Assembly: GCA_963803705.1 (NCBI GenBank) | Contig: CAWDNU010000003.1 | Coordinates: 160,001-224,000, forward strand | DNA: 64,000 nucleotides | DNA from: an uncultured Pseudobdellovibrionaceae bacterium | Lineage (GTDB): Bacteria; Bdellovibrionota; Bdellovibrionia; Bdellovibrionales; UBA1609 | Direction of reading: 5' to 3' | Shown here: positions 11,397-20,506 of the stretch, one piece after another | Numbering within the stretch: position 1 is the first letter of the stretch | How the letters are laid out: the number at the start of each line of letters is the position of its first letter | The notes under the pieces: model-generated | What the model saw: only the letters and a program-made list of their open reading frames with translations | Told to the model about the DNA's origin: nothing | Databases searched by the model: none | Made by a program: the position numbers and the translations under genes

Positions 11397-11634
11397 TTTG
11401 ATTCTCCAATAAGTTTTGATTTAATTTTTTGTTTTTGAAGAATCGAGAGAATTAGAATGACATCTGAATTTATAACTTTTGAGGGGTGTCACAAGGGTGT
11501 CAAAAAGGCATCAAAAGAAGAAATACAGAGAAATTTGCTGAAATATTAGACTACGAAGTCTTGCTCAGATTGAATCTACTAAGTGTAGACAGTTATTTGT
11601 GTTTTTTGTTTTTGCTTTTTCTACTTTCTAAAAA

Positions 11635-11711
11635 TGGCGGAGCGGACGGGACTCGAACCCGCGACCTCCGGCGTGACAGGCCAGCATTCTAACCAACTAA
11701 ACTACCACTCC
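11635..11711 (-). tRNA. tRNA-Asp(GTC)
   Basis: Reverse complement GGAGTGGTAGTTTAGTTGGTTAGAATGCTGGCCTGTCACGCCGGAGGTCGCGGGTTCGAGTCCCGTCCGCTCCGCCA: cloverleaf, GTC anticodon, TTCGA T-loop, encoded CCA. Confidence 0.97.
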
Positions 11712-11870
11712 GCGTAAGCCATAAGTGTTATCCATTAATTTGACTTTAGTAAAGCTTAAAAATGTAAAATTCTGGGGGTTGCGTTAAATACCACATCATC
11801 AACTAGAGGGATGTCTAGCTAAAGGGCAGTTTGCTCTTTTCCTATCTGAAACATAAGTCATACTAGTAAG

Positions 11871-12869
11871 ATGTCCTTTGCTAATAAAGTTCGCGAATTT
11901 TTCTACACCAAAGGTCCTGCTCGTATGCTTAGAGTCCTGACCAGACGCCTTTTCTTAGTATATATATTTGCTCAGTTTTTTTTGATTTTTGGAACTCCTT
12001 ACATAGGCAATGATTTCAACTACGATGTTAAAGCTGGCAAACTGAAGTTTGCTCAACTGGTCACAGACCCTGCAGTTATAAAAGAGCAGCTTCGTCCTAA
12101 AACTGAAAAGAAATATTCAGGTAAAATGATCAAGTCTAGATATAGCATTTGCTACGTACATGGTTTTTCAGCTAGTCGAAAAGACCTTGAACCTGTGGTT
12201 TCTCGAGTTGCTAATCAACTGGATGCAAACTTGTTTTTTACCAGGTTGTCTGGACATGGTTACAAGCATCCAGATATTTTGAAAAAAGTAACTGCACAAA
12301 ATTGGATTCAAGACACAATTGAGTGTTTAGAAGTAGCGGCTCGAACCGGTGATAAGGTCGTGCTTATGGGCACAAGCTTGGGTGCAGCTCTGGCAAGCCT
12401 GGTAGCTATCAACACAAACTACAAGATCCATTCATTGATTTTAGCCTCACCTTACTTTGGGATTAATGACCCTAAGGCAGATTTGCTGGCAGGATATTTA
12501 GGCGGATACATTGCTGATATATACTTTAAGGGGTATCGCAGCTTCAAACCCATTAATCCAGAGCAGGGTGAGTATTGGACAACCACCTATCCTGCATCTA
12601 TTTTAAAACAGGTCATGATTGTCAACATGGCAATAAGGCAATCCGATTTTGCAAGACTCAATATGCCGGTGTTTATAGCGTATTCCACAAAAGATGAGGT
12701 CATAGATATAGGTAAAATTCTTGCTAAGTATGAAGACATTCAAACTCAAAAACGTCTAGACAAAGATCCCACATATTTGTCTCATGTCTTAGCTGGTGAT
12801 ATTGTAAATCCTCGGGGAAACGCTCAGTTACAGAAAAACATTTATAGTTTCATCAAAGCGAATTACTAA
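11871..12869 (+). CDS. Alpha/beta hydrolase (esterase/lipase)
   Basis: HGFSAS, GTSLG nucleophile elbow, DEVI, SHVLAG; N-terminal TM segment. Confidence 0.85.
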   Translation: MSFANKVREFFYTKGPARMLRVLTRRLFLVYIFAQFFLIFGTPYIGNDFNYDVKAGKLKFAQLVTDPAVIKEQLRPKTEKKYSGKMIKSRYSICYVHGFSASRKDLEPVVSRVANQLDANLFFTRLSGHGYKHPDILKKVTAQNWIQDTIECLEVAARTGDKVVLMGTSLGAALASLVAINTNYKIHSLILASPYFGINDPKADLLAGYLGGYIADIYFKGYRSFKPINPEQGEYWTTTYPASILKQVMIVNMAIRQSDFARLNMPVFIAYSTKDEVIDIGKILAKYEDIQTQKRLDKDPTYLSHVLAGDIVNPRGNAQLQKNIYSFIKANY

Positions 12870-15208
12870 TGAATTTAATTAACTTTTTAACTTTTGGTAT
12901 CCTCTTTTTTTTTATAAATTCTTCTTGTAGTTTTAGGCAAAAAACTTACAGTGCTAATGATCGTATTAGACACTTTCAAAGTATCAAACTTCGAACTGAT
13001 CAGCCTGTGGAAGTCCTTTGGACTAGAAACTTGATTCCCCGAATTCAAGCTAAAAATTCGAAAGATCTATTTTACACCCTAGGAGCAGTTCAAGCTCATT
13101 TAAGGCGTAACCAACTAGAAATGTATAGAAAGCTTTCGAAAGGAGCTGTCTCGGAAATGACGGGCCCCGTGGCCATAAAAATAGATAGATTCTTAAAGTC
13201 CATCGACTTCGAACATGCTGCAAAAGTTAGTATAAAGACAATGTCTAAAGACTCTTTAGATATTTTAAAGTGGTTAGCAAAAGGCATAAATGATTACATC
13301 TCCCAATCAAAATACAGATCTAAGGACCTACGTATAATGAATATCGTAGATAAGCCTTGGACAGTACTAGATCTAGTCCGGGTTTATAAGTTCACTTCGG
13401 TGGATGTCAACTGGATGGTGTTAGCCCAGCTTCTAGAGTTCAAAAGCACAAAATTTTTAGAAAAAGTCTGGTCGCTTAAAGTGAGTGAAAAAGATTTTTT
13501 TGATGAATTTTTAAAAGAGCACAACTTAAAGAATTATGAAAAATTAAAGGATTCAAAGTCTGACCCAATATCTAAAGCTCTTTTGGATATAAATATGCAA
13601 GATCACAGTCACACTATGGATCTATCTTTTTTGGATCAGCTGCAAAGCACTACAAAGGCTGGTAGTAACGCATTCGCAGTCAGTGGCTTAAACACAATCT
13701 CTAAATCTGCGATAATTTCTAACGACCCACATTTAGGTTTGGTGATCCCTAATATTTGGCTTTTTGTGGTTTTAGATTCTCCTGAATATCAGACTATGGG
13801 GTATGTGATTCCATCATTCCCGGTGCCTGTAATAGGGAGAAATCAAAACATAGGCTGGGGTGGTACAAATTTGTGGGGATTAAGCACTTTTCCGGTTCGT
13901 TTAACGGACGTGGAACAAACCCAGGTTGTTGAAACAAAAAAACCTCTAAAAGTGCGCTTTTGGCCAGATCAAGAAATTTCTACGTACAAATTGGGTGACT
14001 ATCCTGTGTTTAAAGCTAGCGATTTTCCACAACTAGGATCAGAGGACATTGTTTTTAGGTGGCAAGGCTTTAAGCCTTCAAGCGAACTGCAAGCTTTTTT
14101 AGATGTAAATAGAGCAAAAAATTTTGACGAATTTCATCAAGCGTTTGAGTCTTACGGCGTCGCAGGTATGACGTTTGTATTTGGTGATAAACTTGGAAAC
14201 ATAGGTAAGCTTACAGCTTTAGCGCAACCCCAAGTTAAAAAGTTAAAGGTGCTTTATAACTCAGAAGATTTCTCAGAATCACTTCTTACATCTAAAACTT
14301 TACCATTGCAATACAATCCAAAATTAAATTTTTTAGTTAGTGCAAACGATTACACAAAGGGTTTGAAACAACCAATGTCTTTATTCCAAGCTCCTGATGA
14401 CCGCAAAGAGCGAATGAGCTTTTTACTTAACTCGCAGACCAGCTTTAACTTAGAGTCAGTTAAAAGCCTTCATAAAGATGTTTTTTCCGCAACAGCACTC
14501 AGTTTAAAAAATAGCTTAGTTAGTTATTTAAAGCGCACAAATTGGATTAAAGATTCGCAAATGACAAATTTTAAAATCTTGGCAGCTTGGGATGGCAACT
14601 ATTTTGTTGAATCTAAAGGTGCTTTGCTTTTCGAGGTTTTTTTGGCTGCGTGGTCAAAAGATATCTCGGACAACCTTGTGCTTAAAGATATAAAATCAAA
14701 ATCTCTAAAAAACAAAGCATTCAACTTTCTAGTGAAAAATTTTAACTACAGAAAATTTTTAGAAAACTCACTAACTGAAACTAGTTTTTTTAATAAAAAT
14801 AAATTTCAAAAGTATTTTACTCGTGCGGAATTTATATTAAATAAATATAAAAGTTGGGGTGAATTTCACCAACTTGATCTAAGACACCCTCTAGGCAACC
14901 TAAAAGTTTTTAAATATCACTACTCATACACTAAAGCACCATGGCCTGGCGGCAATGAAACACTGATGAAAGCGGCACATAAACTTTCAACAAGAACAGG
15001 CAAAGTGTCCTTCGGTGCCCAGGCTAGATGGATGACTGACCTTTCTTCAAATAACGAAAATTACATGGTGTATCTTGGCGGACAAGACGGCTTCATTGGC
15101 TCGGAGAATATGAATGATCTTACTCAGGTATGGAAAAATGGAAATTATTTGCGAGTTCCTTTTGACCGTGTAGAATTTAAAAAAATATCTGCTAATAATG
15201 GCCAATGA
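12869..15208 (+). CDS. Penicillin acylase family Ntn-hydrolase (lipoprotein)
   Basis: GSNAFAVSG autocleavage site, SNDPHLGL..PNIW, SAND; lipobox-like SSC. Confidence 0.9.
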   Translation: MNLINFLTFGILFFFINSSCSFRQKTYSANDRIRHFQSIKLRTDQPVEVLWTRNLIPRIQAKNSKDLFYTLGAVQAHLRRNQLEMYRKLSKGAVSEMTGPVAIKIDRFLKSIDFEHAAKVSIKTMSKDSLDILKWLAKGINDYISQSKYRSKDLRIMNIVDKPWTVLDLVRVYKFTSVDVNWMVLAQLLEFKSTKFLEKVWSLKVSEKDFFDEFLKEHNLKNYEKLKDSKSDPISKALLDINMQDHSHTMDLSFLDQLQSTTKAGSNAFAVSGLNTISKSAIISNDPHLGLVIPNIWLFVVLDSPEYQTMGYVIPSFPVPVIGRNQNIGWGGTNLWGLSTFPVRLTDVEQTQVVETKKPLKVRFWPDQEISTYKLGDYPVFKASDFPQLGSEDIVFRWQGFKPSSELQAFLDVNRAKNFDEFHQAFESYGVAGMTFVFGDKLGNIGKLTALAQPQVKKLKVLYNSEDFSESLLTSKTLPLQYNPKLNFLVSANDYTKGLKQPMSLFQAPDDRKERMSFLLNSQTSFNLESVKSLHKDVFSATALSLKNSLVSYLKRTNWIKDSQMTNFKILAAWDGNYFVESKGALLFEVFLAAWSKDISDNLVLKDIKSKSLKNKAFNFLVKNFNYRKFLENSLTETSFFNKNKFQKYFTRAEFILNKYKSWGEFHQLDLRHPLGNLKVFKYHYSYTKAPWPGGNETLMKAAHKLSTRTGKVSFGAQARWMTDLSSNNENYMVYLGGQDGFIGSENMNDLTQVWKNGNYLRVPFDRVEFKKISANNGQ

Positions 15209-16284
15209 TCAGATACCCCTTGTTGATACTTGCCTAGCTGAAACTTCATGGGCGAGCCCCATTTGTTATTTTGGTACAGACTTCCATTAAATACTCTTAT
15301 TGAGCTTTGATCCAAATTCCATTTTGCATTTTTCGCTTTAAAACTATTTGAAAATAATAAAACATCTAAAAAAGACCAGCTTTTTCTAGGGTGGTAATAT
15401 TGTGTTCCAACACAAGTAGTACATCCAACTAAATGTGACACTAAGAATTGCGGTTTAAGTTTTAAAAAGTAATTCTTTTTTTCTGCTTCGAAAGACGTGA
15501 TGTTAAAATCTCCGCCTGCAACTACTAAGCTGTTTTTAGGTTTGCTTTTCATAAGATGGATAAGTTGTCGCAAAGCTTGTTTTCTAGCAGCAGTCGGCGT
15601 GCCCTGGGACGGAAAATGAACACCAAATATGTAGATGGGTGTCTTATCTGGTAGTTCTAATTGCACCTCAAGTATACCCCTTGTAGTGGGTATACGGCTT
15701 TCGGTAAGTTGGTCTTCAGGTTTAAATTTCAATATATTTAATTTAGGCTTAGACATAACGACAAGCTTTGTTAAAATAGCTACATCAATGCCACGGCGGT
15801 CCGGTCCTTCTAATAAGATTGCGGGATTTGGATAATGCTTTTTCAAATAGCCTTTTCTTAAAGATTCCACGACCGCTAAATTTTCAACCTCTTGCAAGAT
15901 AAGAATATCAGGTCCTTTCCACTTATTACTTTTTAAAATGACGTCAGCTAAACGCTTCATTTTAGAATTTAAAGCGGTTTTGTTCCAATCAAGGGTTAGG
16001 CATTCTGACTGCCAGCTTCTGACCTTTAAACTCTTGCACTTTTTTTTGTGTAGTGGGCTTTTTGTCTTTTTTTTAATAGGCAAGTAGGTTTCATCATTTT
16101 TATTTGGGTCTTCTACTGTATCAAAAAGATTTTCAACATTGTAAGTCATCAAAGTGATTTTTGTTTTAGATTTTACTGGTTTTTCAGATTCATTCAAAAA
16201 AGCGTCAGAACTTTTGTAAAAGAAAAATATAATCAGTCCAAAACAAGCTAACATAATTAGAATTTTGCTTTCTTTTATAACCAT
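15145..16284 (-). CDS. Endonuclease/exonuclease/phosphatase (EEP) family protein
   Basis: YNVENLFD, LQEVEN, GPDRRGIDVA, HFPS, GDFN, SDHWP. Confidence 0.9.
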   Translation of the reverse strand: MVIKESKILIMLACFGLIIFFFYKSSDAFLNESEKPVKSKTKITLMTYNVENLFDTVEDPNKNDETYLPIKKKTKSPLHKKKCKSLKVRSWQSECLTLDWNKTALNSKMKRLADVILKSNKWKGPDILILQEVENLAVVESLRKGYLKKHYPNPAILLEGPDRRGIDVAILTKLVVMSKPKLNILKFKPEDQLTESRIPTTRGILEVQLELPDKTPIYIFGVHFPSQGTPTAARKQALRQLIHLMKSKPKNSLVVAGGDFNITSFEAEKKNYFLKLKPQFLVSHLVGCTTCVGTQYYHPRKSWSFLDVLLFSNSFKAKNAKWNLDQSSIRVFNGSLYQNNKWGSPMKFQLGKYQQGVSDHWPLLADIFLNSTRSKGTRK

Positions 16285-16552
16285 CTAGAGTCCCGGTTAA
16301 GCCTTTAAAGGCTTGTAAAAATTTATTAGGTCAAAGATTAATGCTAAACAATGCACTGCATGGGTTCGATGTGGCTTAAAGCAAGTTATTTGACTTCAAC
16401 GATCTTTAAGACCAGTTACTAACTGCTTAAAGCGGACTTTAGCAAAATGCTTTTATTTTAGGCGCAGTTCATCAAAAACAATTCAAACTGAAGAGGATCA
16501 ATATTAAAAAAACAAGGATTTTTTAAATTAGAATAAAATTAAAGCAAAATTT

Positions 16553-16568
16553 TGTCAGGCTTGTGTCA
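16553..16568 (+). promoter_or_regulatory. Pho-box-like direct repeat (TGTCA at 11-bp spacing)
   Basis: TGTCA at 16553 and 16564, ~100 bp upstream of the 16672 operon. Confidence 0.4.
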
Positions 16569-16671
16569 AATCCTGCTGCGGGTCGAAATTTTTTTAAATT
16601 TTCCCTGGTGCTTTTGCAAATCGAAGTAGTATCGTCTTAGGCATTGAACATAAGAGGGGATATCAGTTTAA

Positions 16672-18111
16672 ATGTTTTCAAGATCTACCTATTTCTTATT
16701 CTCGTTAGCTATTCTTTTTTCTGCTAATTCTGCATTAGCTCAACAGGCACCCGCTGTAAGTACAGTTTTAGATCAGTCGCCGGCACAAACTGATGAAAAA
16801 TTCACGGTTGAATTACTAAACTACGAAGAGTACGGGTACAGCCAATCTAAAAAAACAGAAATTGGTGATCAGTTAAAATTGACCTCTAGATTCAGATATC
16901 AATTTAGTGATAGTGGCTGGGTATCAGCAGGTTTTTCAACACGTCCAGAGCAAAATCGATTTGCTAATAAGACGTCTCAGTTTGAGGTCAGGTCCGGATA
17001 CAACTTTGATTCGTTTCGTTTGCAAATTGATCTAGAGCTAAACACCAGCGATAATGATGGCGGAATTACATTTGGCCCAGACTTAGATTCAGAAAACACT
17101 TTCTTACTTTATAACTTTGATGATAATTACCAACTGATTTTTTACCCCTTTAACTTCAATGGCGAAGTGGGTGTCGAATTTAATACTAATGACGTGACTA
17201 GAATTTATTTTATAGATGGCGCACCATCTGTTATTAACAATCCCCCGACAGAAAACGAACGTCTTGCAATGAAAACTATCCCAGGTTTCGAGCTAAGGTA
17301 TAATGATTTCGATAATGATCATAAAGGCAAATCTTTTTATGCAGGCTTGGGAGTGGCCTCATATCTGTACCCTAACGATCCGGGATTCGACATAACAACT
17401 GCAGTAGGTGCGACCAATTGGTCCCGTCAGGAAGATATCGGTTACAAGTTTGGTGCGTTATTAACTGGGAAAAATAATTTTACCAGTTTGCAGTATGTAG
17501 GTCACACTAACGATCTCGAAACAGGTTCATTGCTTAAATCGGCAGCCTCATTATACACTTTAAACCGTGTAGGCCGCTTTATGTTTGAATTCGAGGGCAC
17601 TGCTTCAGAAGGTGGCGCAAGGCCTTACAGACTAAATAGTTCTTTCAGCTGGTTTGAAACAAGCGGTACTCTTGGTGCCGATATCCGACAAAGGGTGTTT
17701 AGTGATACTGGAAATAATCCTCATAGCTGGGTCGGAGAGTGGGGATACGCTGGGTCCATTAAAGCGGGTATGGTCCAAGATGGTTATACGCCCTATCTTT
17801 CGTACAAATATTTTGATGAAAACTTTGTCTTTCGTGGACGCGAGTCAGCACATACTTTAAGAACTAATGACGAGTCAGAATCCCACGGTGGCTTACACAG
17901 TATTGGTGTTGGAGCTTATATTTACAAAGGTAATTTTATCATCAATCCACGTTTCGAATATTTGATTGCTAACAATGATGTTTTTTCTGACAGAAACGAT
18001 ATTACAGAAGAAAACATTGTTAACGGTTTTAGCAATCAAGATTTTTTTGTGTTTATCAACGTAGCTTACTTCTTTAATGAAAGAACTGGGCCCAGAACAT
18101 TTAGATTATAA
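16672..18111 (+). CDS. Putative outer-membrane beta-barrel protein
   Basis: Signal peptide (ALA), alternating aromatic/hydrophobic strands, C-terminal FVFINVAYFF. Confidence 0.65.
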   Translation: MFSRSTYFLFSLAILFSANSALAQQAPAVSTVLDQSPAQTDEKFTVELLNYEEYGYSQSKKTEIGDQLKLTSRFRYQFSDSGWVSAGFSTRPEQNRFANKTSQFEVRSGYNFDSFRLQIDLELNTSDNDGGITFGPDLDSENTFLLYNFDDNYQLIFYPFNFNGEVGVEFNTNDVTRIYFIDGAPSVINNPPTENERLAMKTIPGFELRYNDFDNDHKGKSFYAGLGVASYLYPNDPGFDITTAVGATNWSRQEDIGYKFGALLTGKNNFTSLQYVGHTNDLETGSLLKSAASLYTLNRVGRFMFEFEGTASEGGARPYRLNSSFSWFETSGTLGADIRQRVFSDTGNNPHSWVGEWGYAGSIKAGMVQDGYTPYLSYKYFDENFVFRGRESAHTLRTNDESESHGGLHSIGVGAYIYKGNFIINPRFEYLIANNDVFSDRNDITEENIVNGFSNQDFFVFINVAYFFNERTGPRTFRL

Positions 18112-18215
18112 GACAGCTCAGGCGAGCACCTTAGTGCTAGCGAGCTAGGTAGGCGCAACAATAGTAGGCGAGAGGGCTATTTAAAGATTTAAAATCGATC
18201 GGGGGATCTTAAAAT

Positions 18216-20315
18216 ATGTTGGATAAATTTAAGTTTTTTCTGGAAAAAATCTTTAACATCAATTTGCATTCTGGATTTTTATTAACTTTGGCCTTTTCTT
18301 TAGTGTCAGGCTGTGACAGCAGCAGTCAAAGGGCTGATGGCGCAGAACCGTTTTCGTACACAAATTCCGAATACACCCAACTTATCGATGACATCTTGGC
18401 CCTACAGCAAGCTATCGGATCGGGGCACGTTTTAAGATCGAATCCCGAGCGCACTAAGACATATATTAATGCAGCAATTATTCAGGCCAGGTCAGGGTTA
18501 TTTTTATTAGCTAAATCAGGAGAACGTACTTTAGAAGAAAAAAAGAAAGCTCATACAGCTTTTGTGAATTCAATTCGGCAGTACGAATCTTTTCATATTC
18601 TAGAAGTAGACCAAGAGCGTTTCGACAAAGTATTTAACCAAGTAAGGTTCTTAAAACATGAACTTGGAACAGAGCTTGGCATAGATCAAACTGAAGAGAC
18701 ATGGACTGTGTTCAACCATAACTTTAGTACTTCTGGCTTAGAACCTACTTTCACAACTTTAGGCTTCGAGAAGTCTGGAAAACCAAGCGACGAATCAAAA
18801 TGGTTTACTAACTTTCAAACTGATTTACCTAAAGCAAGAGCCCAGGGCAGAGACGGTTCTTATGGTTGGATGATATCTAGACCATTTGATTTGACTGCTG
18901 TGGCTAACCCTAAATTTAGATATTTTGGTTCTTACCTAGTTGTGGCTCCAAATAACGTATTGCCATTGTCAGAAGTTATTAGGCAGGTTTTTAAAACTTA
19001 TATTCTGTTAGATTATGAACCCGGAGACAATCCTGAAGACTACTCGGATGATCGAAAAATTTTAGTTAAGTACAACCTGGATGACTTACCCCTAGGAAGA
19101 GATTTTGACGACGCTTGGACACCATTTGCCGACCTAAGCCCATACAAACAAAACAATGTAGCTGTAGGTTTTCTTTTCGACACCAGAGGCATCAACTTTA
19201 CTCAGTATTATTCTTGGACTGTCTTTGACTTTGAAATAAATGGTGCAGGCAAAATTCCTGATGATCCAGTTAAATATAAACAGGATTTTCAAGGAAGTGA
19301 TTTGGGTCTGTTTAAAAGCTACTCATTAACTTTTCCCGGAAAAAATTGGTCCATATCAGACGAAATGGCCACAATGTTTTTTGAAGCTGATGTTGAAAAT
19401 AAATCTGATAACATAGACACCTTTTTACTATCTCCGATATTGACCATTCCAAAGGCGATGGTTGCTCCGGAATTAAAGATTGAAGAGGCTTTTTTAAAGG
19501 ATCACTTCCAAAGTCAAAATTTAGAGGACTATCAAATTTTGATCTCTAAAGATTATAAAGGCGGGCAATCGCCATCTGAAAATAATTGGGTTGTTCTTGA
19601 TCGAGTTCAGAATAAGTTAAGTGAGTCAAAAAGATTTATAGGTATACAGCACACCTTTTCTTTGCTGGATTACCAGGGCGAAAGCATAGTGGTAGCTTTT
19701 AGATTTAAGTCTAAAGATAGAGATACCCAGAAGCATGTGCTAAATTGGGGAATAGAGTCTATCCAAATACTAGGCCAAGCAGCCGAGATCACTGTGGTCG
19801 ATTATTTTTTACCTGAGTCCACAGATTTTCAAGTGGCTTTCATAGATTTTAAGAAGAAATCAGTTTTAGATTTTGAAACTAACTACATCGATAGCTCGCC
19901 AAGATGGCAAAAAAAAGATAATGGTTTTGTAATTTCTGGATTTACTGGATTGGGTAATCCTCCAGATTTAGGTCCCGCAAGATTAACCTTGCCCGAGATA
20001 AACTTAGTTGGAAAACAAGACACTCGTCTTCGTTTTGAACAAAAAGTATTTTTCTTTAGAGATAACAATGTATCCTCTGAAGTTGTGAAGGTTCAGATAA
20101 GGATTAAAGGCAGTCCAGATTGGAACACTCTTGAAATTCCGAAGGGAACTTTTAGAGACAAGATGCCTCGAGAGCCAGAGCTAAGTGACTGGATAAAGCT
20201 ACCCGAACTGTATGATAACCAAATCATTGAGCTATCTTTTGCTTATCAAGCTAAAAACGGCAACGGTGGTACTGTTGAATGGACTTTCAGCTCTCTTGAA
20301 GTCGGGGCTAAATAA
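18216..20315 (+). CDS. Large lipoprotein with repeated beta-sandwich (DUF5017/choice-of-anchor-like) modules
   Basis: Lipobox VSGC; repeated WMISRPFDL / FLLSPILTI / LTLPEINL and DLSPYKQNNVAVGF / SLLDYQGESIVVAF motifs. Confidence 0.6.
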   Translation: MLDKFKFFLEKIFNINLHSGFLLTLAFSLVSGCDSSSQRADGAEPFSYTNSEYTQLIDDILALQQAIGSGHVLRSNPERTKTYINAAIIQARSGLFLLAKSGERTLEEKKKAHTAFVNSIRQYESFHILEVDQERFDKVFNQVRFLKHELGTELGIDQTEETWTVFNHNFSTSGLEPTFTTLGFEKSGKPSDESKWFTNFQTDLPKARAQGRDGSYGWMISRPFDLTAVANPKFRYFGSYLVVAPNNVLPLSEVIRQVFKTYILLDYEPGDNPEDYSDDRKILVKYNLDDLPLGRDFDDAWTPFADLSPYKQNNVAVGFLFDTRGINFTQYYSWTVFDFEINGAGKIPDDPVKYKQDFQGSDLGLFKSYSLTFPGKNWSISDEMATMFFEADVENKSDNIDTFLLSPILTIPKAMVAPELKIEEAFLKDHFQSQNLEDYQILISKDYKGGQSPSENNWVVLDRVQNKLSESKRFIGIQHTFSLLDYQGESIVVAFRFKSKDRDTQKHVLNWGIESIQILGQAAEITVVDYFLPESTDFQVAFIDFKKKSVLDFETNYIDSSPRWQKKDNGFVISGFTGLGNPPDLGPARLTLPEINLVGKQDTRLRFEQKVFFFRDNNVSSEVVKVQIRIKGSPDWNTLEIPKGTFRDKMPREPELSDWIKLPELYDNQIIELSFAYQAKNGNGGTVEWTFSSLEVGAK

Positions 20316-20506
20316 AAATGGAAGTCAGAAAAGGAAATAAAATTCTAACTTTATTTTTTAATATATGTCTGAAAAATGAGTTCTGTGGCACGAAAAATTG
20401 CGAACGCAATTTAAGTGCCTCTGCTTGTTTGAAATTTTTTAGGCTTATATTAAAAAATAAAGTTAGAATTTTATTTCCTTTTCTGACTTCCATTTTTATT
20501 TGCCCC
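20304..20506. repeat. Long inverted repeat (56-bp perfect arms 20310-20365 / 20446-20501) with nested inner hairpin
   Basis: Arms are exact reverse complements, so both strands translate MEVRKGNKILTLFFNI; inner GGCAC..AAATTGC GAAC GCAATTT..GTGCC. Confidence 0.95.

Larger units (their letters stand above)
1..11634. mobile_element. Putative heavy-metal resistance genomic island ending at the tRNA-Asp 3' end (left end outside the window)
   Basis: Cu/As resistance cargo directly abuts the tRNA 3' end; appears more AT-rich by eye; no integrase in the window. Confidence 0.55.

Noticed and set aside
11486..11692. 68-aa ORF
   Set aside because: It runs antisense through tRNA-Asp (GGADGTRTRDLRRDRPAF is the usual tRNA shadow)
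16448..16471. Possible partner IS3-like end (reverse complement TGAACTGCGCCTAAAAT)
   Set aside because: The match is short and degenerate, 43 kb from the other end, and oriented outward
20308..20493. 61-aa minus-strand ORF MEVRKGNKILTLFF...
   Set aside because: It is the mirror product of the inverted repeat, with no independent evidence of coding
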